A stretch of 64,000 nt of DNA from Dendrobates tinctorius. Taxonomy: Eukaryota. The notes under the pieces were generated by a model that saw nothing but the letters and a program-made list of their open reading frames with translations, searched no databases and was not told the origin of the DNA. Of this stretch, positions 28,801 to 41,491 are shown in pieces (the first letter of the stretch is position 1; each line of letters begins with the position of its first letter). The position numbers and the translations under genes are program-made. Where the stretch lies: contig NW_027361672.1 in NCBI RefSeq assembly GCF_039654945.1, positions 23,746,001 to 23,810,000 of the forward strand, given 5' to 3'.

Positions 28801-29924
28801 TGCTGCATCATGAGTCCATGAGAACAGGAATAAGCTCCTATCGGAAGAGTGCAAGCATGTCTGTTGGGAAAACAGCATGCTGTACTTCTGTAGAAGCGCC
28901 TATTGGGGTGTGAAAAGTGTCAAAACTCTTAAATACATGTGACATGTATAGTAGAATTTTGACTCCATTCTCTTCCAAGAGGAGAAAACAACATTTGATT
29001 ACATAACTCAAACTCTAAAGCAGTGTAACTTTATAATCCCACTTCCATGCAGGTTACATGATGAGCCAAGTGACCAGCTCTCCTAGGCCATCACTGAGGC
29101 TGCATTCAGATATGGTTGGTTTGCATTTGAGTTTTGGTGTGTTCATCTGGTAATTTAAAGGCCATCTGAGATGTGGCTGAGCCTTTAAAATAATTTATTG
29201 GGCCATTTGGGTTAACCATTTTATTATGATGAGAGAGGGACAGTGATTGTGCTGTCTTTCTGGTAGTTATGCTTTTCAGATGTCTAAATGGTAACAGCTG
29301 CTTCTTAAAAGACGAGAGGTTTTGCTGCACTTCATTTAGAAAGCCATTTTGGCTTGCTAGGATGGTTAATGTGTAAACCACACCACACAGTTCAGGAGTT
29401 TGTACGTTATATTTTTATAACCTCCAGCAAACACTGCACATTGTCTGCAGTGTGCCATGTTGTATTTGGAGCTGCGGTGACATTGATATTGTCCAGTTTT
29501 CAGTACTATAACCTATGCCCAGAAAGTAGACAGTGTTTTGTAATTGTATCATGTTGAATGCACAAAGTGGAAGCTTTACTGTGTAGACTGTCATTGCTTG
29601 AACATTAATATTTGTTTTATTAAAGTCTGTATGTATACAACCATGTCCCTACTGGTCTTCTGGCTAAATGTCCAGTCAGCAAATAATGTGAAACAAGAAA
29701 GACTTGAGAAAGATCTTTTGATCGAAACGCTTTGTCTTTGATATACCTTGTCCACATGAGAGCATGCCATTTTCTATATAAATTTTAAAATGACTTAATA
29801 AAGGAACTACGTTTTAAGGAGCTAGAACTACTTCGCTTTTTTCTTTTTAAACAAGAATATACACAATTGTTGCAGGAAACTTGAACTTTTATTTGAACTG
29901 TTTTTTGAGACCATGGTGTCTTAA

Positions 29925-30298
29925 GGCCCTTTTACATTTAGCGATGCACCAGCGATCCCGACCACGATACGACCCGGTCAGGATCGCTGGTGCATCGCTA
30001 AATGATCGCTAGTGAGCTGCCACACAGGCAGATCTCACAGCAATGCAGCAGCGATACAGCGGTCGTTACTTACCTTTCAGACGTGGCGATCCTCCCGTCC
30101 GCCTCCACACGTCGCTCGTCAGCGCCACAGGAAGCGCCCGGCGAGAAATGGAGCTGCGCGATCAACGACAGACAGCGGGGGAGCCGGTCGGAGGTAAGTA
30201 TCACACATAGCGATATCGCTAGTGATATCGCTGCTACGTCACCAAATCAGTGATGCTTTAGCGATATTGCTAGCGATATCGCTATGTGTAAAACCCCC
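29925..30298. mobile_element. Palindromic MITE (ATCGCT/AGCGAT-motif family)
   Basis: Imperfect TIRs GGCCCTTTTACATTTAGCGAT / ATCGCTATGTGTAAAACCCCC; homologous to 38331-38711. Confidence 0.8.
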
Positions 30299-30390
30299 TT
30301 TACAGAGGTTGTCTATCATTTTATATAATTGGTAAGGGAGTCTAAAGCTGGGTTTATACTTGTGGACTGCTGCTATTAAATGGCTACCTA

Positions 30391-32007
<1,617 letters not shown>

Positions 32008-32640
32008 TATGGGCTACCTACATGCCAATTTGTGGTTGCTTAAAGGCATTTTTAGCTTGGCTGTCCACAATTCTGCGCATTGTAATGTTCTGGGTGCAAA
32101 TAATATCATGTAATATGTAGCACATGTCCTGTTTACGCAGGCGATGTGCTGCTTATAATGATTATTACACTGTTTTGGTGTTTCCTGGTCTGCTTGGTTG
32201 ACCCGACCAGTTAGTCAAATCGAGGAACGAGCATTCTCGAATTGGCTGTCTGTCTAAATGCAGCATGACCCTCTAAACCCTATTATGTGTAATGTGCTCA
32301 CTGTTAGGCTACTTTCACACATCAGGTTTTCGGCGTCAGGCGCGATGCGGCGTCGTGCCGGAGCGCCGGATCCGGCAAATATTTCATAAAACCGGATGTG
32401 ACGGATCCGTTTTTCTGCCGGATCCGTCTTGTTCTTGTCAGACAAAACCGGATCCGTCTCATCCGGTTCATCCGTTTTTCGACGGATTACGCCGGATCCG
32501 GTTTTTAAAAACACCCCTTGTTGCCTTCCGGACGGGATTGGCTACTGAAAAACTATATATAGCGTGTTCCTACAGCCCTTCTTTGACAGGTTGTAGAGGA
32601 GAAAGTGCAGGTTGGAGAGAAGAGCAAGTTACTGGCGAAG

Positions 32641-34024
32641 ATGGATGTTGTCATTGGAAATATTTTAAAGAATTTGGCGGATTTTACAGCGGAGGCGAAT
32701 CGTTTGAGGGTGATTGTTCTGGAGAAGGAGAGAGCGAGACAGCAGCGCATCAGGCATCGTAGACGACGTTTGTGGATCCACCCCATCACAGCCAAGAGAA
32801 TGACGCGTGGGGTCTATTCTACACTATGCATGGACCTTCGACGAAACCCGGATAAATTTTTTTGGATATGTTCGGATGAAAATGGAGAATTTTGATTACT
32901 TGGTGGAGCGCATTGCACACCTCATAAGAAAAGCAGACACCTATTGCCGCTTCTCTGTTTCACCCGCAGAGCGTCTGATGGTGACTTTAAGGTAAGCCAC
33001 ATTTATTGGATATGCTCGCATCAGAGCACACTTTCACTGCAATCTTGTTGGTGGTAGTTTGTATCTCCAAGTGTTATAGCTGAGTTTTGGTATGTAATGC
33101 TGTGATTTAAAACTAATTGATTGTTTTTTAATTCCCCACAGATATCTTGCAACTGGAGAATCCCTTTCGTCACTGCATTTCCAGTACAGACTCGAGATTT
33201 CCACCATATCTGGAATAGTGAAGTACACATGCCGTGCACTGTGGGACTCCTTAGCTGAAGAGTTTTTACCAGAGCCCACAACAGAGAGGTGGATTGAAAT
33301 TTCAGAAAAGTTTCAACAGATATGTCAGTTTCCCAACTGCTTGGGCGCTGTGGACGGGAAACATATCCGCATTGTAAAGCCAGCCGGATCGGGATTGGAA
33401 TATTTCAATTACAAGAAATATTTTTCAATTGTCCTCATGGCCATCGCTGACGCGGAATACAAATTTATTGCTGTTGATATTGGGGCCTATGGCCGCTCCA
33501 ATGACTCTCAAGTTTTCAAACTGTCTGCCATGGGGCGTAAACTGTATGGAAACACCTTCCAGTTCCCACCACCTAGACCGCTGCCGCAAACATCTGGTCC
33601 ACCTATGCCATTTGTCTGTGTAGGGGATGAAGCCTTCCAGCTGTCAGAACACCTTTTGAAACCGTACGGTAGCAGAGGATTGTCAAGAACAAAACGCATT
33701 TTTAATTACCGCCTCACAAGAGCAAGAAGAATGGTTGAATGTACCTTTGGTATTCTGACAGCCAAATGGTGGGTCCTATTGACTGCGATCAACCTCAAGA
33801 CAGAAACTGTGGACGAGGTGATCAAAGCTTGCGTGGTTCTCCACAATTTTGTTATCTGCAAGGAACCCATTTCCATTGAGGACACCTCTGAAGAAACCAC
33901 CTTGCAAGATTACCATGACATTACCACTAGAAGTTCTGTGACGGTTTCAATAATGAGGGACAGTTTTGCACTATACTTTGTGTCACCTCAAGGCAGAGTA
34001 CACTGGCAGGATGACAGAGTGTGA
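32641..34024 (+). CDS. Harbinger (HARBI1-like) DDE transposase, 2 exons, about 410 aa; apparent +1 frameshift in a T7 run
   Basis: Exon 1 32641-32991, GT-AG intron 32992-33141, exon 2 33142-34024. The splice gives VTLR/YLATG. Catalytic motifs GAVDGKHI, VGDEAF and MVECTFGIL. Removing one T at 32857-32863 gives a continuous frame. Confidence 0.9.
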
Positions 34025-34774
34025 AAGATTTGTGCCCTTAACCAAAATTGTGTACCTTCTGTACCAACAGTATATACCTTTGCCAACCAAAGTTGGCTAT
34101 CTTGTCATGGTCTTACTATTTTTAGCTTTAGGCCACAGGTGTGTACCTGGTTGTGTTTTATGCAAAGTATATCACCTTTTAACAAAAGTTGTATACATTG
34201 TTAGGAATTCACCAACAATAAACACAACTTTTTAGGTGAAATACTTTGCTTCAAACACAACCAGGAACACAACTGTGGCAAAAAGTTAAAATTTACCCAT
34301 AGTTATATACCTAGTTTTGAATACCATTTTACCTTTTAAATACCCTGTATTTAACCTTTTTGGCCGCAGAAAGAAATGACAGACAACCAGTGTAAAATAA
34401 TTTAACTTTTATTGAAAAATGTTTTTTTTAGTAAACTGTTTTTAAATTTTAATAAACTTTTTTAATAAAGCTTTGAAACCATAAAACTGGTCATTTTTAT
34501 TAAAATACACACATATTATAAATCTGTGTAGTGTGGGGTGGAAATACTGCTGGAGGGGCTGCGGGACACTTCGACACTGGGAGTGTGGAGAGAGGACTGG
34601 GATCGTGGTGGGGAAGGAACAGTTAGAGGTGAAGGTGTGGAAAAAGCTACAGAATGGGTGGACATGTGGGAGGCAGAAGAGGTGGTGGGCAGTGGAGTGG
34701 AGGGTTGGGCAGGGACTGTAGGAGCAGATGATGTTGATGGCAAGTTGTATGGGGAAGGAGTTTGGTATGGGGCA

Positions 34775-34993
34775 GGTTGCTGGAAGTGGGGAGGTTGCTG
34801 GAAGTGGGGAGGTTGCTGGAAGTGGGGAGGTTGCTGGAAGTGGGGAGGTTGCTGGAAGTGGGGAGGTTGCTGGAAGTGGGGAGGTTGCTGGAAGTGGGGA
34901 GGTTGCTGGAAGTGGGGAGGTTGCTGGAAGTGGGGAGGTTGCTGGAAGTGGGGAGGTTGCTGGAAGTGGGGAGGTTGCTGGAAGTGGGGAGGT
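34775..34993 (-). repeat. 18-bp coding tandem repeat, (PPHFQQ) x12
   Basis: Twelve copies of TGGAAGTGGGGAGG at 18-bp spacing (unit TGGAAGTGGGGAGGTTGC) in the last exon of the MADF gene. Confidence 0.95.
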
Positions 34994-35937
34994 GGCTGGT
35001 ATGTAATAGGAGGGGGAGGATGGAAAGTGGCTGGAGGGGGTGCAGGTGGAGGAACTACTGGGGTGGGAAGAGGAGGTTGGGAGGTAACGTGCTGGAGAGC
35101 ACCGTGGCATGAATGCATTACATGCATCTGCTGGGTAGGAGATAGCGTTTCCATGCGCTCCACAACAGACCTGAAAAAGGTGTGGTTTGGCGAAGATCTT
35201 GCTTCTGAATGCATGGTTTGCAGAAGTGTCTTCACCTCCAGAATGCTGGAGTTGATCTGCTGAAAGCCTGCGGAGATTTGCTCTGACAAGACTTTTAGAC
35301 AGTTCTGGAAAGATGCATTCAGATGCAAGAACTCTGGCGCATAAGTCTTTTCCTGACCCCGCTGCCGCCCAGTACCCGCAGGTGTACTAGAGGTGGCAGG
35401 GGCAGAAGGGTGGGGTAAAGGGAAAGCGATCTCCTCACCAGCAGCTTCATGTAATGTAGGCGGCCACGATGCTCCTGTGCTGGTGGATGGGACAGATGGG
35501 TCGAATGTGTGGGAAGGCTGTGAAGGTGCAGATGTACCGGGGCGGTCGAAGTGTCCCTCGGTGCCGGTCTCCTCAGGGATCGCCTCAGAAGGGTCCAACC
35601 GTGCAGGCTCCCGAGTGCTGCTCACCGTGCTGTGGAATAAAGAGAAAAAAAAAACATTTAAAAAAGTGACATGGCATGGCCCTGGCTGAAAAAAAATTGT
35701 TACATCTAAACATTTTTTTTTTTCACATGTGGTGTGTAATATTTACCTTCTGGTGACCATTGTTTCCCGGAGGAACGACAGGGCTTCTGCGTACTTGTAC
35801 TTGCTCCTGCGTCCTCCAGATCCACTCGGGGCCCGCATCTCTTTATTGAACTCCTTCTTGAAACGATCCCTCACAGACCGCCACCGCTTCACAATTCTGT
35901 CCCCTGAAACGAGAAAGGAGTGGTTAGTATACAACAT

Positions 35938-36062
35938 CAGTGTTTCCCAAACTCCAGTCCTCGTGGTCCCCAGAGGTCATGTTTTCATGATTTCCATAGT
36001 AAATAGAAATCCTGAACACATGATCCGTGGGGACCACGAGGACTGTTGTTCGGGAAACACTG
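35938..36062. mobile_element. 125-bp hAT-type MITE inside intron 5 of the Harbinger MADF gene
   Basis: Hairpin CAGTGTTTCCCAAAC...CAGTCCTCGTGGTCCCC / GGGGACCACGAGGACTG...GGGAAACACTG; the 8-bp flanks match only partly (TACAACAT / GTTTACAT). Confidence 0.7.
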
Positions 36063-37144
36063 GTTTACATCAAGCAACCGGTACTGTATATACTTACGCT
36101 CTTTAATCTGGGCCCGAGCATCGAGGTCCTCCCAGCGGTCCACAAGGAGCGAACAGATTTCCTCCCAGAGTCATCGGGTAACGATCAGGTCAGCGTGGCG
36201 GCGGTCAGCCATATTCCAGAGCGGCTCCCTTTCTCTGACGAGATCGATGAGGTGGTCCACATCAATCCCTCCATCCTCACCATCAGAGTCGGGAGCACGC
36301 TGTGAAGGCTGTTAAAGAAAAAGACAAAAATAACATAATTAGCCTCCACAAAAGAAATGAAATAAAAAGTGCAAAAAAACAAAGCAAAAATATTTATACT
36401 TACACGCTGGTGACCGCCGCGTTGCTGTCGCCGACGACCCTGGGAGGCACTGCGAGGACCTCTTGGCCGAGCACCAGATTGGGAAGACTAGGGAAGAAAA
36501 CAAAAAATGTTATGTCTTTGGATGTAGGCATTTGTTAGCTGTGTGTGGTCTGCAGAACATTGTTTTCTATGTGTTGTGTGTAGTGTGATGTTGTGTTTCT
36601 GCGTTTGATGCCAAAAACTTACCAATTGTGAGCCCACTCCAGGTGTCTGTCCACCCCTTCCTTCTTCTCCTGGGAGCTCCTCTTCATCTTGTGATTCCTG
36701 TTTTGAAATAAAAGGCAATGAATAGACATATATTAAAGAGATGATGGATTTTGGAAATAAAAACTTACCGTCAAACGCTGACGATGCGAGGGAGGGCTCC
36801 CAGAAGAAGATGTGCTGTCCTCTTGCTGGCCAGACTCCATGCCTGTGGGTGGTGTTACAGCTGCTGCCAGTGCTGCTGCATCTCTTGGGCGGCTGTTGAA
36901 TAAAGAGAAACAAAGGGCCAATGAATATCTTGATATTCCATGGCCCTAGTTTGGAGGAATGGGGGATTTGATAATTACCGTCTCTCATCTGCTGCTGGAC
37001 TCCCCTCCTCAGCATGTTCCATTTGCTGCTCCATTTGGCGTGGTGGTGGTGCTGATGGTGCTGCAGTGGTCTCCTGCCTTCTCCTGCGCCTGGTTGCTGT
37101 CTTGGGTGGTATGTTGGGTGTGGCTGAGGGTCCCACTGTCTTGC

Positions 37145-37153
37145 TTTTATATA
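37145..37153 (-). promoter_or_regulatory. TATA box of the Harbinger MADF gene
   Basis: TATATAAAAG on the minus strand about 110 bp upstream of the ATG at 37034, just inside the subterminal repeats. Confidence 0.55.
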
Positions 37154-37557
37154 TGTGTCTTGTGGGCAGAGCTACTGAGCATGCTCAGACCAAAAAAACC
37201 TGATCCGGCCACCGGATCCGGCTGTCGGCAGATCCGGCGCATTGCGGCGCTCATAGGCTTTCATTGTGTGAAAAAGCCGGACGCGCCGGATCCGGCGTGT
37301 CCGGCTTTTTCGCCGGAGACAAAAAACGTTACAGTAGCCGTTTTTTCCAGACGCCGGATTGACACACATTGCCGGATCCGGCGAAAACCGGACGAAACGC
37401 ATGGCCATCCGGCGCGATCCGGCGCAAATGCAAGTCAATGGGGGGGAAACCGGATCCGGCATTGCATTTCGCCGGATCCGTTTTTTGTCAAAAGCGCCGG
37501 ATCGCGCCTGACGGCGAAAACCTGATGTGTGAAAGAGGCCTTAGGCATCTGCTCTAA

Positions 37558-37875
37558 GGCTGTGTGCACATGCTGCGGATCCACAGTGGATTTGGCCGCT
37601 GCGGATCCGCAGCAGTTTCTGCTGCGTTGTAGAGTACCTTTTATACCTGATGGGAAAAAAAAGGTGTGCAGACGCTGCTGAATTTTCCGCGTGGATTTGC
37701 TGCGGTTTCCAAACCGCAAAAAGAATTGACATGTCAATTCTTTCTGCGGATTCCGCTGCGGTTTGCCCATCTCAACCTTTGTGGAGATGAAAAACCGCAG
37801 GTCTTTTGACCTGCGGATTTTACAAAATCCACGTTGCCAAATCCGCAGAGCATTCCGCAGCGTGTGCACATACCC
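37558..37875. mobile_element. Harbinger-type MITE (CTGCGG family)
   Basis: TIRs GGCTGTGTGCACATGCTGCGG / CCGCAGCGTGTGCACATACCC; TAA on the left, AAA on the right. Confidence 0.85.
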
Positions 37876-38330
37876 AAACACTCATAGGCATCACATGACG
37901 GCTCCTACACGGCCGATGAGAAAGTGGTCTGCACATGATTGGAAGTATGCAAATCACATATTACACACTGTCAGGATTCAATATGTTAATATAAAAATGG
38001 TATGGACAAACCCTTTAATACAGCATGACCCAAACATTAAGTTTTGCATTTAATGTACTTTTTTTTGGCAAGTCCAGCTATTTTCTCTAAAAGCACATGG
38101 AAATGTAGATTCCTTCAGTGTTAGAGGTAGAAAATATCAGTGTTTAGTCCGACTCCTTTGATTAATACACATAATGGTAGTTGATTTGTTAAATTTTATC
38201 TTTAGGATTTTTTTTATTGAATGTTTAATTATTTTTCACGTGACAATAAGAAACGTCCTATGAGAGCATACAATATCAGAAGTCTGACATAGTGAAACAA
38301 TCCAAAAACATCTTACTGTACATATCTAAA

Positions 38331-38711
38331 GGTACTGTCACACCTAGCGATGTACCAGCGATCCCGAACAGCGATATGACGTGGTCAGGATCGCTGGTAC
38401 ATCGCTAAGTGGTCGCTAGTGAGCTGCCCCACAGGCAGATCTCACCAGCGACATCGTAGGGGTCGGGGGTCGCTACTTACCTGTCAGACGAGGCGATCCT
38501 GACGTCCTCCCGCCCGCGTCCACGCGTCGCTCGTCGTCACAGCAGGAAGCTGACGACGAGGAACAGTCCAGGACGTTCTCGCGCGATCAGCGATAACCAG
38601 CGGGGGAGCGGTCGGAGGTAAGTATCAGACATAGTGATATCGCTATAACGTTACAAAAACCAGTGACGTTATAGCGATATTGCTAGCGATATCGCTTAGT
38701 GTGACGGGCCC
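38331..38711. mobile_element. Palindromic MITE (ATCGCT family)
   Basis: Termini GGTACTGTCACACCTAGCGAT / ATCGCTTAGTGTGACGGGCCC; homologous to 29925-30298. Confidence 0.8.
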
Positions 38712-39028
38712 TTAAGTTTCACCATGGTTTGGTAATATGGCACACATCAGGCATCATCAGTTAGAAAATAAAACCTGAACAATTGTAGGCACATGTTAGT
38801 GCCACAATCACACTTCCATGTGTCACAGTCCGAGCATGGACTGGCCGCCAGCCTCTAGACCGGAACTTGACCGCCTCATAGACAAATTCTGACCCGTGGA
38901 TAGTCCATGCATTATGGCCTGTGCTCAAACTGTGACACACAGAGATATGAATGCTGCTGGACACTGTTCACATGGTCGTATTTTTGGCCCAAGTGCTGCC
39001 TGTGCTTTAAAAATAAAAAAAAAACTTA

Positions 39029-39389
39029 GGCTATGTGCCCACGCTAGCGTCTTTAAACGCTCAGGAATCGCATCCCCTTTCCCAGAAAACGCGCATCTTT
39101 TTCCGCGTGATTCTTGCGTGGTTTTTGCCAAAAAGCCACGCGTTTTTGACACGTGTTTTCTGGGAACATTGGGGGAATGCTAAAAACGCTCAGCTATGCG
39201 GAAATTAATGAGCATGCTGCGTTTTTAGCCGCTAAGCGTTTCCTGAGCGGTTAAAAACGCATGCATTGTCACAAATAGCCAAAAAAGCACGCAAATTAAT
39301 TGGAAGCATCTTGTAAGTGTTTCTGCAGCTTCCGATCCGGCACAAACGCTGCGGAAACGCTTACAAAAACGCAACGTGGGCACACAGCC
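39029..39389. mobile_element. Harbinger-type MITE (AAACGC/GCGTTT family)
   Basis: TIRs GGCTATGTGCCCACG / CGTGGGCACACAGCC; TTA and TAA flanks; repeated AAACGC. Confidence 0.82.
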
Positions 39390-39823
39390 TAAAAAGAAAC
39401 AAATTCTAACGTCACAAGGATATTGGGACCAATGTTATTCAATAGGTCTGTTCAAATGACATTCTTTTTTTCCCACACGGATCCTATGTCCACTTGATAA
39501 AATTGTAGCATGCTCTGTTCTTTTCCGTGTTTTGGATAACACTTGCCTGTTGAAGTCTATAGTGAGCAAAAAAGAAATTTGATTTCATACAGATCAACCG
39601 CACACCATCCGATTTTTACAGATACATAATGCCGTTATTTAAATAGGAAACAATTTTTGGTCTCGTATATTTCCATCAGCGCTGATGTACAAAATGGATT
39701 GCATGCAGATGAAAAAAATTTTTTTTTTTTTTTTTTTGTTACTTGTGTGTGAACTTAGCTTTAGGCGTGGAAATTTGTATTTACGTGGGGTTGGACAGTA
39801 GGATCTCACTTCTATGTGACTTA

Positions 39824-40158
39824 GGGTCCCGTTTCAAATAGCGATGCACCAGCGATTCCGACAACGATACGACCTGGTAAGGATCACTGGTGCGTTGTCA
39901 CACAGCAGCTATTCTGAACGATTCCAGCCTGCGTCCCTGAGTTCTGCGTCACCAACGAGGTCGCTCGTCGGCGTCAAACACAGCGATGCATGCTGGCCAG
40001 CAGGATGCCAGTGATGAAAAAATGGCCCAGGACATTCGAGCACAATCAGCGGGGGGGGGGTTGCCGCTATATGTGTCATATGTAGCAAGATCGCTGTTGC
40101 GTCACAAAATCTGTGACGTTTCAGCGATCTCGCTAACTATCTCGTTATGTGAGACGGG
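39824..40158. mobile_element. MITE (ATCGCT family), diverged
   Basis: The start GGTCCCGTTTCAAATAGCGATGCACCAGCGAT is shared with the 29925 and 38331 copies; ends TGTGAGACGGGGC. Confidence 0.7.
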
Positions 40159-40766
40159 GCATTTACTAATATTCAATATACTGTATCTTGTAGATTATCT
40201 TCCAGCTTTCTTTGAGGAGGCCCTGTAGTACAGATATGCAGCCTATGTGAATATGACCCCATTTAGAACATCTATGAACTTTTCAATGTAAGTTCAGAAT
40301 ATTTGATGTCAGACCCATTATTGCTAGACTGAAGGAATGTTGCTGTAGTAGTACCATTATTATTTATTTACCAGCCCTGTGTAACCAGGAGAGGTTACTG
40401 ATGCTGGCGCACTAGTAGGGTGAGTAAGAGAAATCCTTTCATGCTCCTTTTCTTTTCCCAATGAATCAGTAGATGACTTTTACAGTAGCTGCACCCACAA
40501 AAAAACAACTGTACGTAGATGATGAAAGTTTAAATGTGTGTAGATATTCTGTTATTTAGTAGCTTGCATTCCCTCCTGCCCCTCGGCCTTTATGTGGAGG
40601 AGTTGACATTCCACAGACTCTCGCCAAACTCCTTATTTGCAGGCTAGGTGCTATTCTGTTTTCCAGCATTCACATGCATCTGATTACATATTGTTAATTT
40701 TATTTAAGCTGTGCAGTTGCTGTTCCTCTAAGAAAAACAGGATGGTATGCTATGGGAGTAGTTTTA

Positions 40767-41112
40767 GGGTATGTGCACACGCTGCGGTTTTGCTGCGGTT
40801 CTGCTGCGGTTTTGGCCCTGCAGAACTGCAGCAGTTCCGCAGACATGGTACTTTACCATGTTAGCCTATGGGTTTTCAAAACCGCAGTGCTCACGCTGCG
40901 GTTTTTTACCTGCGGAAAAGCTGCGTTTTTTTTTCCCGCAGCATGTCAATTGTTTCTGCGGATTCTGCTGCGGTTTGCCACCTATTCCATTGTCCAGGTG
41001 TCAAACCGCAGGGCAAAACCGCAGGCCAAACCGCAACAAAACCGCAGGTCACTTTACCTGCGGTTCCGCGGGAAAAAACCCGTAGGTGAATCTGCAGTGT
41101 GTGCACATGCCC
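40767..41112. mobile_element. Harbinger-type MITE (CTGCGG family)
   Basis: TIRs GGGTATGTGCACAC / GTGTGCACATGCCC; TTA on both sides; close relative of 61615-61953. Confidence 0.9.
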
Positions 41113-41115
41113 TTA

Positions 41116-41491
41116 GGGTATGTGCACACGTAGTTTTTAGTCTCTGCGGATTTTGTAGAGAAAACCGCAGGAAATCCGCAGGACAAAGTGCTGCGGTTTT
41201 TCTGAGGTTTATCTGCGGATTATCTGCGTTTTTTCTGCGGTTTTGCCCTGCGGTTTTACACCTCATAATGGATGAGGTGTAAAACCGCAGCGTTTCTGCA
41301 CCAAACAATTGACATGCTGCGGATTGTAAACCGCAGCAAAACCGCGCGGAAAAAAACGCAGCATGTGCACAGCTTTTTTTGATTTCCATAGGAAATAAAG
41401 GTACTGTACAACGCAGCAGAATCTGCTGCGTTTCTGCAGAGCCAAAAACGCTGCGGAAACGCAGCAGAAACCGCAAAGTGTGCACATACCC
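41116..41491. mobile_element. Harbinger-type MITE (CTGCGG family) abutting the previous one
   Basis: Perfect TIRs GGGTATGTGCACAC / GTGTGCACATACCC; TTA at 41113-41115 and 41492-41494. Confidence 0.9.

Larger units (their letters stand above)
34516..37034 (-). pseudogene. Harbinger accessory Myb/SANT-like (MADF) DNA-binding protein with a BESS-like motif, 7 exons, about 606 codons, one in-frame stop
   Basis: Exons on the minus strand: 37034-36979, 36892-36769, 36697-36623, 36487-36404, 36308-36098, 35903-35747, 35629-34516. All introns are GT-AG and the exons total 1821 nt in frame. MADF-like LIDLVREREPLWN...LWEEI...KRWRSVRDRFKKE...SGSG...YAEALSFL; TGA at 36171-36173. Confidence 0.85.
32307..37540 (+). 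mobile_element. Full-length two-gene PIF/Harbinger transposon (5234 bp)
   Basis: TIRs GGCTACTTTCACACATCAGGTTTTCGGCGTCAGGCGCGAT / ATCGCGCCTGACGGCGAAAACCTGATGTGTGAAAGAGGCC; TTA duplication at 32304-32306 and 37541-37543; subterminal CCGGATCCG arrays at both ends; two convergent genes. Confidence 0.96.

Noticed and set aside
34442-35263. ORFs with (ATSPLP)n, (GGCWKW)n, (EVAGSG)n and (LLEVGR)n repeats
   Set aside because: Alternative frames of the 18-bp repeat; only the PPHFQQ frame splices in frame with the MADF exons.
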